Source: an uncultured Chloroflexia bacterium (GTDB taxonomy: Bacteria; Chloroflexota; Limnocylindria; Limnocylindrales; CSP1-4). Taken from it: a stretch of DNA of 64,000 nt. Of the stretch, positions 61,531 to 64,000 are shown piece by piece. Every line of letters begins with the position of its first letter. The stretch's first letter is position 1. The notes under the pieces were generated by a model. It ran no database searches. It was not told where the DNA came from and worked only from the letters and a program-made list of their open reading frames with translations. The stretch covers positions 350,850 through 414,849 of the forward strand of contig CAWEJO010000004.1 of assembly GCA_963809375.1 (NCBI GenBank), given 5' to 3'. Both the position numbers and the translations under genes were made by a program.

Positions 61531-62343
61531 ATGGGCGGCTGGCGCGAGATCGGCGATCGGACCTGGATCCGCAGGTTCGCGTTCCTCGACCAGACGATCG
61601 GTGTGGTGGTGGGTGAGGAGCGCGCGCTCGTTGTCGACACGCGGTCCACGGCCGCGCAGGGCGCCGAGCTGCTCGCCGAGCTCCGGGAGCTGACCGCACT
61701 CCCCCACGTCCTGGTGAACACCCACCATCACTGGGACCACGCCTTCGGGAACGCCGCGTTCCGACCATGCCTGGCGTGGGGCCACGAACGCTGCGCCGGG
61801 ACGCTCAGGGCGGGCGGGGCGGCGATGATGGCCCGGGTCGCGCTGGAGCTGCCGCAGCTCGCCGCGGACCTCGCTGCCACGCCGATCGACCCGCCTGACC
61901 TGACGTTCGCCGATCGGGCCGATATCGACCTGGGCGGTCGGATCGTCGCCTTGCGCCATCTCGGGCGGGGCCACACCGACAACGACATCCTGGCGGCGAT
62001 CGACGGGATCGTGTTCGCCGGCGACCTCATCGAGCAGGGCGCCCCACCGTCGTTCGACGACGCGTTCCCGCTGGAGTGGCCGGCGACGCTGGGGCAGGCG
62101 CTCGATCTCGGGGATGACGCCACGGCGTTCGTCCCGGGGCACGGCGAGCCGGTCAACGCTGACTTCGTGCGCGGCCAGCTGACCGAGATCGCGTACGTCG
62201 CGGAGGCCGCGCGGCGGGCGGCCCCGGGCGCCGCCGCAGACGAGCTCGCCGTCGACGTCGGGCGGCACCTCGGCTGGCCGGCCGGCACGGCCGCGATCGC
62301 GCTGGCGCGCGCCCTCGGGCAGGTGCGGGGCGAGATCACGTAG
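61531..62343 (+). CDS. MBL-fold metallo-hydrolase
   Basis: HxHxDH motif NTHHHWDHAFGN, plus the later GHTDND and PGHGEP blocks. The start MGGWREIGDRTWIRRFAF at 61531 is tentative. Confidence 0.6.
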   Translation: MGGWREIGDRTWIRRFAFLDQTIGVVVGEERALVVDTRSTAAQGAELLAELRELTALPHVLVNTHHHWDHAFGNAAFRPCLAWGHERCAGTLRAGGAAMMARVALELPQLAADLAATPIDPPDLTFADRADIDLGGRIVALRHLGRGHTDNDILAAIDGIVFAGDLIEQGAPPSFDDAFPLEWPATLGQALDLGDDATAFVPGHGEPVNADFVRGQLTEIAYVAEAARRAAPGAAADELAVDVGRHLGWPAGTAAIALARALGQVRGEIT

Positions 62344-62965
62344 GGCGACAGGCGGTACGGCCCCCCGCGCGCGGTGGGCCGGCCGAACCACGCGCCCCGG
62401 GCCGATCGGCCGGGCGACCGCGGTACCAACGTCGGGAGCGAGGTGACCGAGGGCCCATGGCGGGCGACGCGTGCCGCCGCGAGCATGGGGCGGTGATCCT
62501 TCGCCATCGAACGTCCTTCACCGCCCCGAACCGCCGCCGCGGCATGCTCGACGCCGGGATCCGGCGACGCCACCACCTCGACATCGTCGGCGACCACGAG
62601 CCGGGCGCCCTGCTTCAGCCCGCGATCGACGGGGCGGACGCACCCGTCGCAGCTGCGGCGCCCGACGCTGCGCCGCCGGCGCCCGAGGCCGCCCTTCGGA
62701 CCCAGGACCGCCGCAGCGCAGCCGGCTGATCCTTGACCGGGCGATCGGCGACGCGCCCAAGGGCTCGACGTCGCGGGGGCCAGGCAGCCGGGCGACGCGC
62801 GCCACCCGCACGACCTCGCGCGCACCGATGGCGCTACCGGACGTCGTAAGATGGCGAGCGCAGCGCGGTCGCCGGCGGAGGAGCCGGCCCGCTCGCATGA
62901 ACACCCCCGGGATGTTCGGCCTGGCATTCCCGGTCCCTGACGACGAGCCGGGAGTCGCCGCGACG

Positions 62966-64000
62966 TGAGCACCCAGACGCCGATCTCGCCAGAGCGGAAC
63001 GACTTCATCCGCGAGATCGTGGCCGCCGACGTCCGGAGCGGCCGGCATGCGACGATCGTCACCCGCTTCCCGCCCGAGCCGAACGGCTACCTGCATATCG
63101 GCCACGCGAAGTCGATCTGCCTGAACTTCGGGATCGCCCGCGAGTTCGGCGGCCGCTGCCACCTCCGGTTCGACGACACGAACCCCACCAAGGAGGAGCA
63201 GGAGTACATCGACGCCATCGAGGCCGACGTCCGCTGGCTCGGGTTCGACTGGGGCGAGCACCTGCACCACGCGTCCGACTACTTCGAGCAGCTGTACGCG
63301 TGGGCCGTCCACCTGGTCCGGAATGGCGACGCCTACGTCGACGACCTGACCGCCGACGAGATCCGCGAGCATCGCGGGACGCTCACCGAGCCCGGCCGGC
63401 AGAGCCCGTACCGGGACCGCTCCGTCGAGGAGAACCTCGACCTGTTCGAGCGGATGCGCGCCGGCGAGTTCCCCAACGGGGCCCGCGTCCTGCGCGCGCG
63501 GATCGACATGGCCAGCCCGAACATCAACCTCCGCGACCCGGTCCTGTACCGGATCGTCCACGCCGCGCACCCGCGGACCGGCGACGCGTGGTGCGTCTAC
63601 CCGACCTACGACTTCGCCCACGGCCAGTCCGACGCGATCGAAGGGGTGACCCACTCGATCTGCACGCTCGAGTTCGAGGTCCACCGGCCGCTCTACGACT
63701 GGCTGATCGAGCACCTGCCGGTGCCCCACGTCCCCCACCAGTACGAGTTCGCCCGACTGAACATCACGTACACGATCCTCTCGAAGCGGGTGCTCCTGCG
63801 CCTCGTCAACGAAGGGTTCGTGCACGGCTGGGACGATCCCCGGATGCCGACGATCTCCGGCCTCCGCCGGCGCGGGTTCCCGGCCGAGGGCATTCGCGAG
63901 TTCGCGTCGCTCGTCGGCGTCTCCAAGGCCGACAGCATCGTCGAGGTCGGCATGCTCGAGCATGCGGTCCGCGACGTCCTCAACCGGACCTCCGCCCGGC
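62966..64000 (+). CDS. glnS: glutamine--tRNA ligase (5' portion; continues beyond window end)
   Basis: GTG start; [42 protein letters not shown] carries the class I HIGH motif and is GlnRS-specific. It is absent from the ORF track because no stop falls within the window. Confidence 0.85.

Noticed and set aside
62344-62965. Small ORFs in the 620-bp gap before glnS (62336..62584 minus, 62457..62729 and 62471..62968 plus)
   Set aside because: The plus-strand translations are Arg/Pro-rich junk. The minus-strand fragment (..GARLVVADDVEVVASPDPGVEH..) is protein-like for only ~30 residues with no start or partner domain. It could be a gene remnant or leader region, and is not supported as a feature.

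Overview
64 kb, ~72% GC window resembling an actinobacterial or other high-GC bacterial chromosome; GTG starts are common and adjacent genes often overlap at ATGA/GTGA junctions. About 50 features are supportable. There are no rRNA genes, CRISPR arrays, integrases or transposases, and there is one tRNA-Glu(CUC). Gene content in order: a DUF1611 / alpha-beta hydrolase / DUF1015 string; a ~14 kb composite membrane locus (large GldG-like membrane protein, ABC ATPase, ABC-2 permease, a transmembrane coiled-coil protein carrying a (GQ)n microsatellite, then MoxR AAA+ ATPase, DUF58 and two long BatA-type VWA proteins); a HEAT-repeat protein; two tandem GH94 (cellobiose-phosphorylase-like) genes preceded by two identical cre/CebR-like palindromes; a lipoprotein plus SufR-like regulator; an adenosine-deaminase-family gene; a polar amino-acid ABC transporter; a PPOX/F420-family protein; a GMC oxidoreductase with its small subunit; a 2-oxoacid dehydrogenase operon (E1alpha, E1beta, E2, lipA) interrupted by an oppositely oriented serpin; a zinc-ribbon / class III cyclase / AAA / TPR giant protein; a membrane protein co-oriented with lpd; a TPM-domain protein next to pspA; nnrE; ppc; a mutY-like gene; a LysM lipoprotein; a zinc-ribbon membrane protein; a sirtuin; an aldehyde dehydrogenase; an HDOD-ACT-MBL trio; and the 5' end of glnS. 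About 15 of the longer genes are split across reading frames by apparent 1-nt indels. At roughly one per 1.5-3 kb, spread across unrelated genes, this looks like assembly or consensus error (long-read or MAG) rather than pseudogenisation. Gene spans are therefore given as the reconstructed full-length loci, and coordinates derived by hand may be off by 1-2 nt. The most interesting candidate for an undescribed system is the composite locus at 3.7-18.1 kb, in which a GldAFG-like ABC exporter is physically joined to a MoxR-DUF58-VWA module through a repeat-bearing coiled-coil membrane protein.
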